In this document: positions 1 through 9,644 of the stretch, one piece after another
Layout: each line of letters begins with the position of its first letter
Position numbering within the stretch: the first letter of the stretch is position 1
Assembly: GCA_049968235.1 (NCBI GenBank)
Contig: JBMFRC010000001.1
Location: 1-64,000 of the forward strand
From: Candidatus Hydrogenedens sp.
Lineage (GTDB): Bacteria; Hydrogenedentota; Hydrogenedentia; Hydrogenedentales; Hydrogenedentaceae
DNA: 64,000 bases
Direction: 5' to 3'
The notes under the pieces: model-generated
What the model was told of the DNA's origin: nothing
What the model saw: only the letters and a program-made list of their open reading frames with translations
Database searches by the model: none
Made by a program: the position numbers and the translations under genes

Positions 1-229
1 ATTTTTGAACATTCGCACCTTGAATGTATAGTAACGCAAGTGTTTCTACATACGATAAATTGGGGCTTGTTATGTAGTATATTTATTCCTGCCCGGGGAT
101 GAGATATATGCCAGAAGATGAACCCATGCATTCCTGCCTGCTTGTAATAAATACATTTTCCCAGGGGCTATCATAAATTTTACCATTCCCCTCAACAGGT
201 AAATACGAATATCATATTTCCCATTTCAG

Positions 230-345
230 AGCAAATGATTATTTGCCTATACAAAGAGAGACATTACCATACAGGCGGGGTTTGGTGCGTTTTAGGAACT
301 GCTTGTCTGGCAGGACTTTCTATCTATTTTTCAGCAGTGGCAGGC
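230..345. repeat. Copy A of a duplicated ~100-150 nt non-coding element; copy B is at 45446-45592
   Basis: agcaaatgattatttgcc...caggcgggg...tgtctggcaggactttc aligns at about 75% identity, with indels, to 45446-45543. Similarity continues more weakly through cagcagtggcaggcaagggagga / caccacggaggacacggagggac. Confidence 0.6.
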
Positions 346-459
346 AAGGGAGGAATTTCGGACATATCGGATTGTTTTGATATGATGGCTGGGGAAGAAT
401 GATGTTTTTATCTTCTTGATTTAAATTTGTCTTATAATAAAGGTAATGATATTAAGGTG

Positions 460-492
460 GATTATAATAGGATTATAATAGGATTATAATAG
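460..492 (+). repeat. 3 x 11-nt perfect tandem repeat gattataatag ending immediately before the ATG at 493
   Basis: Direct reading: gattataatag x3. Each unit contains a TATAAT hexamer. No SD lies between the repeats and the ATG. Confidence 0.9.
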
Positions 493-1083
493 ATGAGTAT
501 TCAGTTTGAAAAAGTAAAGGTTTCTCAATTGCCTCAGAATAGTGAATTGTTATTTATTGAGACTCAGAAATTTGTGCAGTTATGGATATGGGCTCTTTTA
601 ATCATAGTTTTTGGGATACAATTTGTATGGATAGGCATTGCTTTTTATTACCAATTATTCCTCAACCAACCGTTGGGAAATAAACCCATGTCCAATTCAG
701 GTCTTATCTTTACTACTCTCTGGGTTTGTTTTGTGATGTTTTGTATTATTGCTTTATTTCTTTTAACTCGAATTGAAACGCGGGTATATCGAGATGGGAT
801 TTACTTTATTTATTTTCCTTTCCATAGAAAATATCGTAAAGTATCGTGGGAGAAATTGGATGAAATATTGGGGCGAAAATATAAACCGCTTATAGAATTT
901 GGAGGTTGGGGAATTCGCTGGAGTTATAAAAAGTGGGCATATACAGTTAGCGGAAATGAATGTATTGAACTTAGAAAAGGTGATTATAGAATACTTATTG
1001 GTACAAAGAAACTTAATGAATTTTTATCTGCATTGGATAAAGCACAAAATTTATATGTAGTTGAAAGGTATATAAACTCATAA
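493..1083 (+). CDS. Hypothetical small integral membrane protein (about 3 TM segments)
   Basis: ORF with hydrophobic segments (LWIWALLIIVFGIQFVWIGIAFYY; LIFTTLWVCFVMFCIIALFLL). No recognisable family. Confidence 0.45.
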   Translation: MSIQFEKVKVSQLPQNSELLFIETQKFVQLWIWALLIIVFGIQFVWIGIAFYYQLFLNQPLGNKPMSNSGLIFTTLWVCFVMFCIIALFLLTRIETRVYRDGIYFIYFPFHRKYRKVSWEKLDEILGRKYKPLIEFGGWGIRWSYKKWAYTVSGNECIELRKGDYRILIGTKKLNEFLSALDKAQNLYVVERYINS

Positions 1084-1103
1084 TTATTTTTCGGGTAAAG
1101 AGC

Positions 1104-2456
1104 ATGTATCTTCGTTTCGTTAGTTTATTGGGATTAGTATTATTCTTTTTCATTGCTTTTTTATTGAGTGAGAATCGAAAAAATATAAAATGGAATGTTG
1201 TTTTCTGGGGGATTGGACTTCAGTTTTTCTTTGCTTTGTTTTTACTTCGTGCGGATTGGATTGTATGGATACCGAATATGATTATCCATACAATAAACAG
1301 TTTGCTGGGGCATTCTTTGCTTCCCCTTATTTCGCCGAAGATAGGTATTCATTTCTTTGAATGGATAAAAAAGGGATTTGATTTAATTTCCGAATCGAGC
1401 ACTGCGGGAGCAAAATTTTTATTTGGTAATTTGACAGATTTTTTTATTTTAGACCATGCTCTGGTGCAAAACTCAGAGGGACAACTAACACCTATGGAGC
1501 CATTCGTGGTAAGTGCAGTAGTAGCATTTAAGGTGCTTCCCATCATAATTTTTGTGTCTGCCTGTTCAGCCATTTTGCAACACTTAAAAATTATTCAAAA
1601 AGTAGTTAAAGGATTGGCATGGATTATGCAAAAATCTATGAAAACATCAGGGGCGGAGACTTTTACGACAGGCTTGCTTGTCTTTCTGGGGATCGAATCT
1701 ATGAGTGCAGTTCGAGGTTATATTGAAGATATGACGCGTTCTGAATTGTTTACAATTATGACTGCGTTTTTGGCAACTATTGCAGTGAGTGTTATGGTGG
1801 CATATGCAAATTTCGGTGCAGAGCCGGGTCATTTAATCACAGCATCTTTGATGAGTGCTCCTTCCGCTATTGCTTTTGCTAAAATACTCGTTCCTGAAAC
1901 GGGGATACCCCGAACAACGGATATAAAGTCTGTGGATATACCGATTGGAACTCAAAATATTTTCGATGCAGTTTCGCAAGGAGCCAGTTTGGGATTAACG
2001 ATGGCTTTAAATGTTGGTGCATTATTACTTGTATTTGTAGGGCTTATTCACCTTTTTGATACCCTTACAATCACGGTTACAGGAAAAACATTGAGCAGTC
2101 TTTTAAGTTATATATTTCTTCCATTTGCATATTTAATGGGGGTGCAACCTAAGGATGTATATGTATTCTCTGAATTATTAGCCATCAAATCGATTTTCAA
2201 TGAATTTTTGGCATACCAAAAATTCCAGACATTAATTGCAGAACATCAAATAGATAGTCGGTCCCTTACGATTGCAACCTATGCACTTTGCGGTTTTGCA
2301 AATCCGGGAAGTATTGGGATTATGATTGGGGGTATATCTTCTCTGGCTCCAAGCAGGCGAGCAGAAATTGCTATGATGAGTGTTCAAGCCTTCATCGCAG
2401 GCACTTTTGCTTGTTTTTCAACTGCATGTATTGCGGGGATTCTTGTGGTAAATTAA
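1104..2456 (+). CDS. nupC: Concentrative nucleoside transporter, NupC/CNT family
   Basis: C-terminus ALCGFANPGSIGIMIGGISSLAPSRRAEIAMMSVQAFIAGTFACFSTACIAGILV matches the conserved NupC C-terminal signature. Polytopic protein. Confidence 0.8.
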   Translation: MYLRFVSLLGLVLFFFIAFLLSENRKNIKWNVVFWGIGLQFFFALFLLRADWIVWIPNMIIHTINSLLGHSLLPLISPKIGIHFFEWIKKGFDLISESSTAGAKFLFGNLTDFFILDHALVQNSEGQLTPMEPFVVSAVVAFKVLPIIIFVSACSAILQHLKIIQKVVKGLAWIMQKSMKTSGAETFTTGLLVFLGIESMSAVRGYIEDMTRSELFTIMTAFLATIAVSVMVAYANFGAEPGHLITASLMSAPSAIAFAKILVPETGIPRTTDIKSVDIPIGTQNIFDAVSQGASLGLTMALNVGALLLVFVGLIHLFDTLTITVTGKTLSSLLSYIFLPFAYLMGVQPKDVYVFSELLAIKSIFNEFLAYQKFQTLIAEHQIDSRSLTIATYALCGFANPGSIGIMIGGISSLAPSRRAEIAMMSVQAFIAGTFACFSTACIAGILVVN

Positions 2457-2502
2457 AAGGAAGCGTATCTTATTTTTTTTACTTTAAGGAAAGGATTTTG
2501 GA

Positions 2503-3324
2503 ATGGTTGCGATGAGAAAATTACCCAGAGTATTGACCATTGCTGGAAGTGATTCCGGAGGAGGAGCAGGAATTCAAGCGGATATAAAAACGATGTGCGC
2601 TTTAAATTGCTATGGAATGAGTGCAATCACTGCTATTACCGCACAGAATACTCTGGGAGTTTATGCGGTTCATCCTATCCCCCCTGATATTGTCAAAAAA
2701 CAAATTGAGGTTGTATTATCCGATATAGGTGTGGATGCTATTAAAACAGGTATGCTCTGGGGGACAGAAATAATTACCGTGGTGCACGAAGTATTGGAAA
2801 TTTATCCCCAACCTTATCTTGTTATCGACCCGGTTCTTGTTGCTAAAAGTGGAGACCTTTTACTCCACCAAGAAGCCATCTCTTCCCTATTGGAATTACT
2901 TATTCCCCATGCATGGTTAATCACCCCCAATTTGCCTGAATTAAAAGAACTTACCGGTATTGAGCCTGAAGATAAAGATGCTATCACTCAAGCAGGGTAT
3001 ATTCTTCTTGAAAAAGGTGTTAAGTATGTTCTGGTAAAGGGAGGACATGGACAGGGAGAAAAGATAAAAGACTACCTTTTTTCATATAAAAATGAGGAAA
3101 TGTGCTTTGTATCTCCACGGGTTTATTCTCCCCATACTCATGGAACAGGTTGCACGCTCTCTTCTGCTATTGCTTGCTATCTTGCTCGTGGATTGGAAAC
3201 CGAAATAGCCGTAGAAAAAGCCATTCAATTTGTCCATAAGTCCATCGAAACAGCCCCCAATCTAGGGAAAGGGCATGGACCCTTAAATCACTTATGGATG
3301 AATCCAGAAATAAATTGTAAATAA
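2503..3324 (+). CDS. thiD: Hydroxymethylpyrimidine / phosphomethylpyrimidine kinase ThiD
   Basis: N-terminus VLTIAGSDSGGGAGIQADIKT is the classic ThiD/PdxK ribokinase-fold motif. Length 273 aa fits. Confidence 0.85.
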   Translation: MVAMRKLPRVLTIAGSDSGGGAGIQADIKTMCALNCYGMSAITAITAQNTLGVYAVHPIPPDIVKKQIEVVLSDIGVDAIKTGMLWGTEIITVVHEVLEIYPQPYLVIDPVLVAKSGDLLLHQEAISSLLELLIPHAWLITPNLPELKELTGIEPEDKDAITQAGYILLEKGVKYVLVKGGHGQGEKIKDYLFSYKNEEMCFVSPRVYSPHTHGTGCTLSSAIACYLARGLETEIAVEKAIQFVHKSIETAPNLGKGHGPLNHLWMNPEINCK

Positions 3325-3404
3325 AAATATACTTTTTCAAAGTTTTTATTCTCCATAAGCCGGTAGATTATGTTTAACAAAGTTAAATAATTTTAGTAGG
3401 ACCC

Positions 3405-3563
3405 TGTGGATATAGAATTATTAAAAGAAATAGGGGATATAAATGAAAATAATATGGAAATAATCGAGTTTGTTAAAAGATGCATTTATCTTTATGAAGA
3501 AACCATAAAAGCAATGGGACTATATTTATCAGATGATAGTTGGTGTGCTATCGATAATGATTA
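3405..3563 (+). CDS. Possible small ORF (52 aa, GTG start) upstream of lexA
   Basis: Open frame VDIELLKEIGDINENNMEIIEFVKRCIYLYEETIKAMGLYLSDDSWCAIDND. Below the track cut-off and no family signal. Confidence 0.2.
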
Positions 3564-3669
3564 ATTGGAAAAGGTATTCAAATAATGAATTTGTAGTTTG
3601 ATGGAATATCTTTTATAATTATATTAGTGAAAATATATTCAGTATTAAATAAAAGATAGGGCAGAAACT

Positions 3670-4290
3670 ATGTCTAAAAATGAACTTACACATCGGCAGA
3701 AAGAGGTCCTGGAATGTATTCGTGATTTTCAGGAACAATTACATTACTCTCCATCTATTTTAGAGATATGTGAACGACTACGAATTCGTTCTACAAATGG
3801 AGTTGTGGGACATATTCGTGCATTAATTCGCAAAGGATATGTAGAACGGTCATCTAAAGCACGTAGTTTAAAATTAACATCGCGAGCACAATGGATGTTT
3901 CAGTCGTTGGATAATCAAATGGTCCCTTTATTAGGGAGCATTTCTGCGGGCTCTCCTTTTTATGTAGAAGAGAATATTGAACAAATGATACCATTTAATC
4001 CAAATCGTAGAACAGATGGGGTGTTCGCTTTGAGGGTAACCGGTGAGAGTATGATAGAAGCGGGTATTTTCGATGGGGACATTATTTTTGTGGATTCCCA
4101 AAAACGTGCTCATTCGGGAGATATCGTTGTAGCACTAATTAATGATGAAGTTACTGTTAAACATTTTTATCCCAAAGAAAAGTTTGTTGAATTGAAACCT
4201 GCCAATCGTAAAATGAAACCTATTCGGGTTCCGTTAAATCAGGTTACTATCCAAGGTGTGGTTATTGGTCTTCAACGGAATTATGAATAA
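3670..4290 (+). CDS. lexA: LexA repressor (S24 peptidase family)
   Basis: N-terminal wHTH region. C-terminal VTGESMIEAGIFDGDIIFVD...VTVKHF carries the S24 autopeptidase Ser and Lys context. 206 aa. Confidence 0.85.
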   Translation: MSKNELTHRQKEVLECIRDFQEQLHYSPSILEICERLRIRSTNGVVGHIRALIRKGYVERSSKARSLKLTSRAQWMFQSLDNQMVPLLGSISAGSPFYVEENIEQMIPFNPNRRTDGVFALRVTGESMIEAGIFDGDIIFVDSQKRAHSGDIVVALINDEVTVKHFYPKEKFVELKPANRKMKPIRVPLNQVTIQGVVIGLQRNYE

Positions 4291-4521
4291 TCTCATTTTG
4301 ATAATTTAGATATGTTTTGATTAACCTGAATTACATGTATAAACTCTAATAGGTAGAGATTGGGTTAGCATCTAAGGAACTGCAGGGAAGTCCACTTTTT
4401 CTAACAAATAAAATATTTATTATCGTTTCATTCCCTTAAAATAATGAAACTTAAAAGAAGAGTTTTCTGTCCTAATAGAAGATTTCTCTGAATTTTCAAA
4501 CAATGAATTAAAGGGAAGAAA

Positions 4522-6882
4522 ATGGCACAAATTTTTTCCAAAGGTAATATTAAACCTTTTACAATTGTCGGAATATTTATTCTTTTACTCTGGGGTTTTT
4601 ATTCTATTTATGATTGTTGGTCTCCTCCTGTGGTTCCTGTCGATGCCCCATCGGATAAGTTTTCAGCAGAGCGTGCTATAAAAGTTCTGGAATATCCGAC
4701 GACGATGATACATCCCTTTGGTTCTCAGGAAAATGCAAAAGTTCGTGAATATCTTGTTCAGAAACTTCGGTTATTAGGTGTGGAACCGGAGGTATATACG
4801 GGATATGTGAAACGTCCATCAAAACACGGATATAATAGTATGGAACGGGTAGATAGCATTATGGTTGTTTTGCCGGGTTATGCCCCTACCCGCTCTATCC
4901 TACTCATGGGACATTATGACTCTACACCTTATGGGGTAGGTTGTGCTGATGATGGTTCTGCTGTTGCAACAATGTATGAAACCCTACGTGCCTTGCTACA
5001 CAGTGCACCATTAAAAAACGATGTGATTTTCCTTTTTACCGATGGAGAGGAGGCTGGACTTTTAGGACCGCGTGCTTTTTTAAAACATCCTCTTTTTGAA
5101 ACAGTGGGTCTATGTTTAAATTTCGAAGCACGGGGACATTATGGTCCATCTATGATGTTTCAGATGAGTAATAACAATTCCTGGCTTATAAAAGAATTTG
5201 CCAAAGTAGTTCCTTACCCGCGCGCCAGTTCGATGATGTTTGAAGTTGCGGGGAAAATGCCGACAAGTACTGATTATTATGTACTCAAACCTAAAGGAGT
5301 ACCGGGATTCGATTTTGCTTTTGTCGGAGGTATCCGTTATTATCACACCCCTAACGATAACATTGCACACATTTCTCTTCGTTCTTTACAGCATCATGGG
5401 GAATATGCTTTACCTTTGGTAAAACATTTTGGCAATCTTGATTTATCTCATTTAACTATTGGCTATCCTTTTGAAGAACCTATTAATAACAGTACCTATT
5501 TTCCGTTACCCGGTAACCGATTGATAACCTACTCAGAAAAATGGGTATTACCCCTATTATTTTTAGCGATCTTCCTTTATATTGTTATGCTCTTTTCAAT
5601 TCGTTTGTTCTGGGGAATCCACATTCGAGATGTTATTATAAATTTTGTACGAAATGTAGTTCACACGTTGTTAATATTTACTGTGCTTGGTGGTTTGGTA
5701 GGATTAACTTTTCTTATATATAAGCATTACATAGTTTATTATGAACTTACTTACTTCGTTATGGGTCTATTAACTACATCGGGGTTATTTCTTATCTTTC
5801 TACCAATCATTTTTGCTCGGTTTGACCCCCATGTATTTTTTGCATCCGCATTGTTACCGTGGCTCGGTTTGGCTATATATTCCACTATAGAGGCACCTAC
5901 GGCAAGTTATATCCCTGTGTGGATATTGCTTATAGGAAGTACTTGTGGGATTATCTCTTGTATCCCCTACATTCCTCAGAAATGGCAACGAAGTTTTATC
6001 TGGCTCTCTTTCTGGACATTAATACCTACACTTGTAACTATATATTTTGTTACTCCTTTTCTGATTCTGGGGGTCCAAACTCTTACTCCTATATTCATTC
6101 CCATATTGATGATATTTCTTATTCTTATTTTCTATCTACCTGTGGGAATTGTACAAAACTTTGTTCAGAATAAGAAAACCTGCTATCGTTGGGGAATGAT
6201 TTTATTCGTTGCGGGACTTCTTATCTATGCATATCCCATGTTATTTTTCAAATTTACAAAAGAAACGCCTAAAGTGAATCATTTATGTTATGGATTGGAT
6301 TGGGACACAGGTAAGGCATGGTGGATGACAAGAGACTCTGAATTAGATGAATGGACAGAACAGTTTTTCAAGAAGGATGTACAATTAAAAAAACCGGAAC
6401 CGTTTACAGGGGATAATATTATAGTCCGCTTTGCTGAGGCACCTGTTGCAAGTTATCCACAACCTCTTTTATCAATATCGGAAGATAAAACAGAGGGGGA
6501 CATCCGACACATCAAGATTTCTGTAGTTTCATTGAGAAAATCCGCTGAGATGCATCTTACATTAATGGGAAAAATGGAAGTCTTGTCAGCAAAAGTAAAC
6601 GGAAACGACTTTGAGAATTCAGAGGGGAAAATTATTCAGGATTGGCATTTCAATTATCGCGGTTTTCCCGGAGAAAATGGACTTACTGTAGAATGGAGGT
6701 TAAAACCTCAACAACCCTTGTCTCTTCAGGTTATTGAAAAAAGTTATGTAATACCCCCTATCGCAGGAATAGAGATACCCCCACGACCCGATTATATGAT
6801 TGCCGAACCCAATACTGTTGAGTGGTGGAAACCCTTCCGAAGTAATGCCATTTATACTCGAAAAACCTTTAATTTAAACTAA
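4522..6882 (+). CDS. M28-family Zn aminopeptidase domain fused to a large polytopic membrane domain
   Basis: MGHYDSTPYGVGCADDGSAVA...DVIFLFTDGEEAGLLGPRAF gives M28 metal-ligand motifs. At least 8 hydrophobic helices follow (aa about 340-560), then a soluble C-terminal domain. Confidence 0.7.
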   Translation: MAQIFSKGNIKPFTIVGIFILLLWGFYSIYDCWSPPVVPVDAPSDKFSAERAIKVLEYPTTMIHPFGSQENAKVREYLVQKLRLLGVEPEVYTGYVKRPSKHGYNSMERVDSIMVVLPGYAPTRSILLMGHYDSTPYGVGCADDGSAVATMYETLRALLHSAPLKNDVIFLFTDGEEAGLLGPRAFLKHPLFETVGLCLNFEARGHYGPSMMFQMSNNNSWLIKEFAKVVPYPRASSMMFEVAGKMPTSTDYYVLKPKGVPGFDFAFVGGIRYYHTPNDNIAHISLRSLQHHGEYALPLVKHFGNLDLSHLTIGYPFEEPINNSTYFPLPGNRLITYSEKWVLPLLFLAIFLYIVMLFSIRLFWGIHIRDVIINFVRNVVHTLLIFTVLGGLVGLTFLIYKHYIVYYELTYFVMGLLTTSGLFLIFLPIIFARFDPHVFFASALLPWLGLAIYSTIEAPTASYIPVWILLIGSTCGIISCIPYIPQKWQRSFIWLSFWTLIPTLVTIYFVTPFLILGVQTLTPIFIPILMIFLILIFYLPVGIVQNFVQNKKTCYRWGMILFVAGLLIYAYPMLFFKFTKETPKVNHLCYGLDWDTGKAWWMTRDSELDEWTEQFFKKDVQLKKPEPFTGDNIIVRFAEAPVASYPQPLLSISEDKTEGDIRHIKISVVSLRKSAEMHLTLMGKMEVLSAKVNGNDFENSEGKIIQDWHFNYRGFPGENGLTVEWRLKPQQPLSLQVIEKSYVIPPIAGIEIPPRPDYMIAEPNTVEWWKPFRSNAIYTRKTFNLN

Positions 6883-7103
6883 CATAACTTGGCAATTACA
6901 ACATAAGCCACAAATAAAAAGGAAGGGGGAGGTATTATGAAAAGGACACCGATTACCTATGTGAAAAAATATATTAAATTATAAATTATTATTTTCAATA
7001 CTCATTAACTCAATAGAACATTTTCTTAATTTTTCGCACAGGATGTTAACTAAATTTATGTAATGGGAAAGCAAACGGGATTGGATTTGAAGATAAAAAG
7101 AGA

Positions 7104-7160
7104 AGTAGCACAGGGATTTTGCCTATGATATAGGTTTTGGTCCTGTGCTACTTTGTTTTA
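7104..7160. terminator. Bidirectional rho-independent terminator between the M28 gene and the convergent MFS gene
   Basis: Inverted repeat agtagcacagg...cctgtgctact flanked by T-runs on both strands (ttgtttta on top, tctcttttt on bottom). Confidence 0.55.
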
Positions 7161-7172
7161 TAACTTAACTTA

Positions 7173-8390
7173 TTAATTTCCTGCTCCTACGACTGCGGGA
7201 GGATGGAAGAAAAGTAAGAAAGCAATTGCACAAGCAACTGTTAATACACATGGTATCAGGAAAATCGGTCGCCATTTGAAATTTCCATCATCATCTTTGA
7301 AGAAATCCAAAATAATTCCTGTAAACTGTGTGCCTATGAAATTACCCAAACCTAATGTTGCAACTGCAATAAGAGCCTGAGCAGAGGCACGAATATCCGG
7401 TGGGGCTACCTTATCCACGAACATTTGACCTGCAAAGAAGAAGAAGGTATATCCAATTCCATGAAATGATAGAGAAGCAATAACCAGCCATACAGGCTTC
7501 ATCATCGCAAAAATGACATAACGCAGGGGCCAGGCAATTACCCCAATAACCAGAACCCACTGAATCCCTAATTTTGCCATTGCCAGTGGTAGTAATACCG
7601 CCATGCCGAGAATTTCTGCAATCTGGGCTATTGTCATAATGGCAGGCACATTGGAACTACGAACACCGATGTCCTGTAAGAATGGTGCAGTAGGAACATA
7701 ATAGAATTGTAATTCTGTGGTAACGATGAAGGAGATAATTAAGAAAACAAGGAAATAAGGTTCCTTCATCAATTGAAAGGCTTCCAAGAACGCTAAAGGA
7801 TTTCCCGGTTTGTCCGGCGGTGGGGTATGAGGTAAGGTAAAGCAATATAAACCTAAAATAACAGACATAATTCCTGCAATCAACAGGCAGTCAGAATATT
7901 TTTTATTATTCTCCGGATTTCCTACATTTCGCATGACAGTCAATAGCCAGCCCGCAGCAATCCAGCCAATAGTTCCCCAAACACGAATTCGGGGAGCCAC
8001 TGCATCCGGATTGGTAATGTTACTGAACATGAGGGAATTTACCAGTGCTAAAGTAGGTGCATAAAGTAATGAATAGATAAACATTAAAATAAACAAGGGA
8101 ATAAACTTCCGTTGATAGGCGGCATATAACAGGCAGATACCGCCGATAAGATGAACTCCACCCAGGAAATACTCTGTGGCAAGGTAGCGGTCTGCAATCT
8201 GCCCACCTAAAAATGGGGAGATAATACATGCAAGCCACAGAGTTGCATATATCCAGCCCGTTTGTTTGCCAGACAGTTTCAAGTCATTAATCAGGTAGGA
8301 TGCTAACACGGGTGCCCATGCTCCCCAAACGGCAAATTCAAGAAACATCATGGCACTCAATCGCACATATAACAAAGTATCAATTCCCAC
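7173..8390 (-). CDS. Nucleoside:H+ symporter (NupG/XapB family, MFS)
   Basis: FLEFAVWGAW, APRIRVWGTIGWI and DIRASAQAL match E. coli NupG motifs (FLQFCLWGSW, PPIRIWGTIGFI, AIRASAQG). 12-TM-like. Confidence 0.8.
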   Translation of the reverse strand: MGIDTLLYVRLSAMMFLEFAVWGAWAPVLASYLINDLKLSGKQTGWIYATLWLACIISPFLGGQIADRYLATEYFLGGVHLIGGICLLYAAYQRKFIPLFILMFIYSLLYAPTLALVNSLMFSNITNPDAVAPRIRVWGTIGWIAAGWLLTVMRNVGNPENNKKYSDCLLIAGIMSVILGLYCFTLPHTPPPDKPGNPLAFLEAFQLMKEPYFLVFLIISFIVTTELQFYYVPTAPFLQDIGVRSSNVPAIMTIAQIAEILGMAVLLPLAMAKLGIQWVLVIGVIAWPLRYVIFAMMKPVWLVIASLSFHGIGYTFFFFAGQMFVDKVAPPDIRASAQALIAVATLGLGNFIGTQFTGIILDFFKDDDGNFKWRPIFLIPCVLTVACAIAFLLFFHPPAVVGAGN

Positions 8391-8532
8391 GGTTCCATCT
8401 CCTTAATTTAATAGGTTGGATTTATTATTTTATAATTTACTTGAACTTTTACATGTATAATATACACATTTTATTTGGATTATTTAAAATGATTTACATA
8501 AGAATAGAATTTTTCAGAGAAAGAAAAAAGAT

Positions 8533-9258
8533 ATGTTACATCCTTTATTATCCAATTTAATGAAAAAATATTCAATTCCTCGTTTGGTTGCCTGTTCATC
8601 TTCAGGATTTTCAGAGAAAGATAAACAATTAGCGGAAAAACAAAATGTAATGGCTTATGAATTAAGGTTGGACTTGTTCTATGAGAAATACATGGGAAAA
8701 ATGGAAATTACAGTAAATAAAAATATATCTGTCCTTAAAGACAAGAATCTTATTTTCACAGTTCGTTCTGCAAAAGAAGGTGGGAAATTTAGCGGGAAAA
8801 TGAAAGAGAAAGAGAATTTATATCTAAAGTATTTACCTTATACCTTTGCTGTGGATATAGAAATTCGTGAATTATTAAATATGAAAAGTCTTATTCAAGA
8901 AGCAAAATCGCTGAACAAAATTATTATTGCATCCTATCATAACTTTTCAACGGTTCCATCATTGAAATTTTTAGAAGATTTGGTGCAGAAAGGCAAAAAA
9001 TTGGGTGCAGATGTTGTAAAGATAGCCGTTTACACAGACGACCCTCTTCAAATAGTTCCTCTGATGGAACTTCAAAGACGAGAGCAATCTGTTACTTTAT
9101 CATTAATGACGATGGGTAATACCGCATTACTTTCAAGAACGCTATTTGCAGTATGTGGCTCAATATGGACATACGCATCTCTTGGGAAACCTACTGCTCC
9201 CAATCAGCCAACATGTGAACAAATTCTCGAATGTGTCAGGACATATTTTAATTCTTAA
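8533..9258 (+). CDS. aroD: Type I 3-dehydroquinate dehydratase
   Basis: FTVRSAKEGG, SYHNFSTVP, VVKIAV (Schiff-base Lys context) and SLMTMGNTALLSR parallel E. coli AroD (FTFRSAKEGG, SNHDFHKTP, IPKIA, ITMSMAKTGVISR). Confidence 0.8.
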   Translation: MLHPLLSNLMKKYSIPRLVACSSSGFSEKDKQLAEKQNVMAYELRLDLFYEKYMGKMEITVNKNISVLKDKNLIFTVRSAKEGGKFSGKMKEKENLYLKYLPYTFAVDIEIRELLNMKSLIQEAKSLNKIIIASYHNFSTVPSLKFLEDLVQKGKKLGADVVKIAVYTDDPLQIVPLMELQRREQSVTLSLMTMGNTALLSRTLFAVCGSIWTYASLGKPTAPNQPTCEQILECVRTYFNS

Positions 9259-9367
9259 TTTATACACATAGTCTCATTTGCCAGAATTAAATCCATTTTG
9301 ATATTTTATGTATGCTTAAAAGATACATAATAACCAATAAACATAAATTGATTGAGGGCAAAATAAT

Positions 9368-9538
9368 ATGCAAAAAGCAGTGATTATCCAATCAAATGGG
9401 ACAGGAAAAAATGACCTTGAATATCTACTTCGTCAGGGCTGGAAAGTGGTTTCTATTACACCGAATAATGGTCCCAGTTATAACGATTTTTTGATTATTG
9501 TTCAGAAAGATAACGATACAAATTCTTCAGAGACATAG
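9368..9538 (+). CDS. Possible small protein (56 aa)
   Basis: ATG preceded by gaggg. MQKAVIIQSNGTGKNDLEYLLRQGWKVVSITPNNGPSYNDFLIIVQKDNDTNSSET. Sits in an otherwise empty 385-nt intergenic region. Confidence 0.3.
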   Translation: MQKAVIIQSNGTGKNDLEYLLRQGWKVVSITPNNGPSYNDFLIIVQKDNDTNSSET

Positions 9539-9644
9539 TTTAAAATATGTAAACCGTATATATACAACGGGTTAATGAATAGAGTACGGGTGATTTTTTA
9601 AAACACGAAAAATAATGCTTATTCTGATGAATATATCCTGATAA

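Noticed and set aside
4441-4468. Hairpin gtttcattcccttaaaataatgaaac after lexA as terminator
   Set aside because: An 8-bp stem with a 10-nt loop but no following U-run on either strand. Weak evidence, so not listed as a feature.
8300-8560. 86-aa + strand ORF
   Set aside because: It overlaps the MFS gene start on the opposite strand and the aroD start, and is low-complexity (IYYFIIYLNFYMYNIHILF). Judged spurious.
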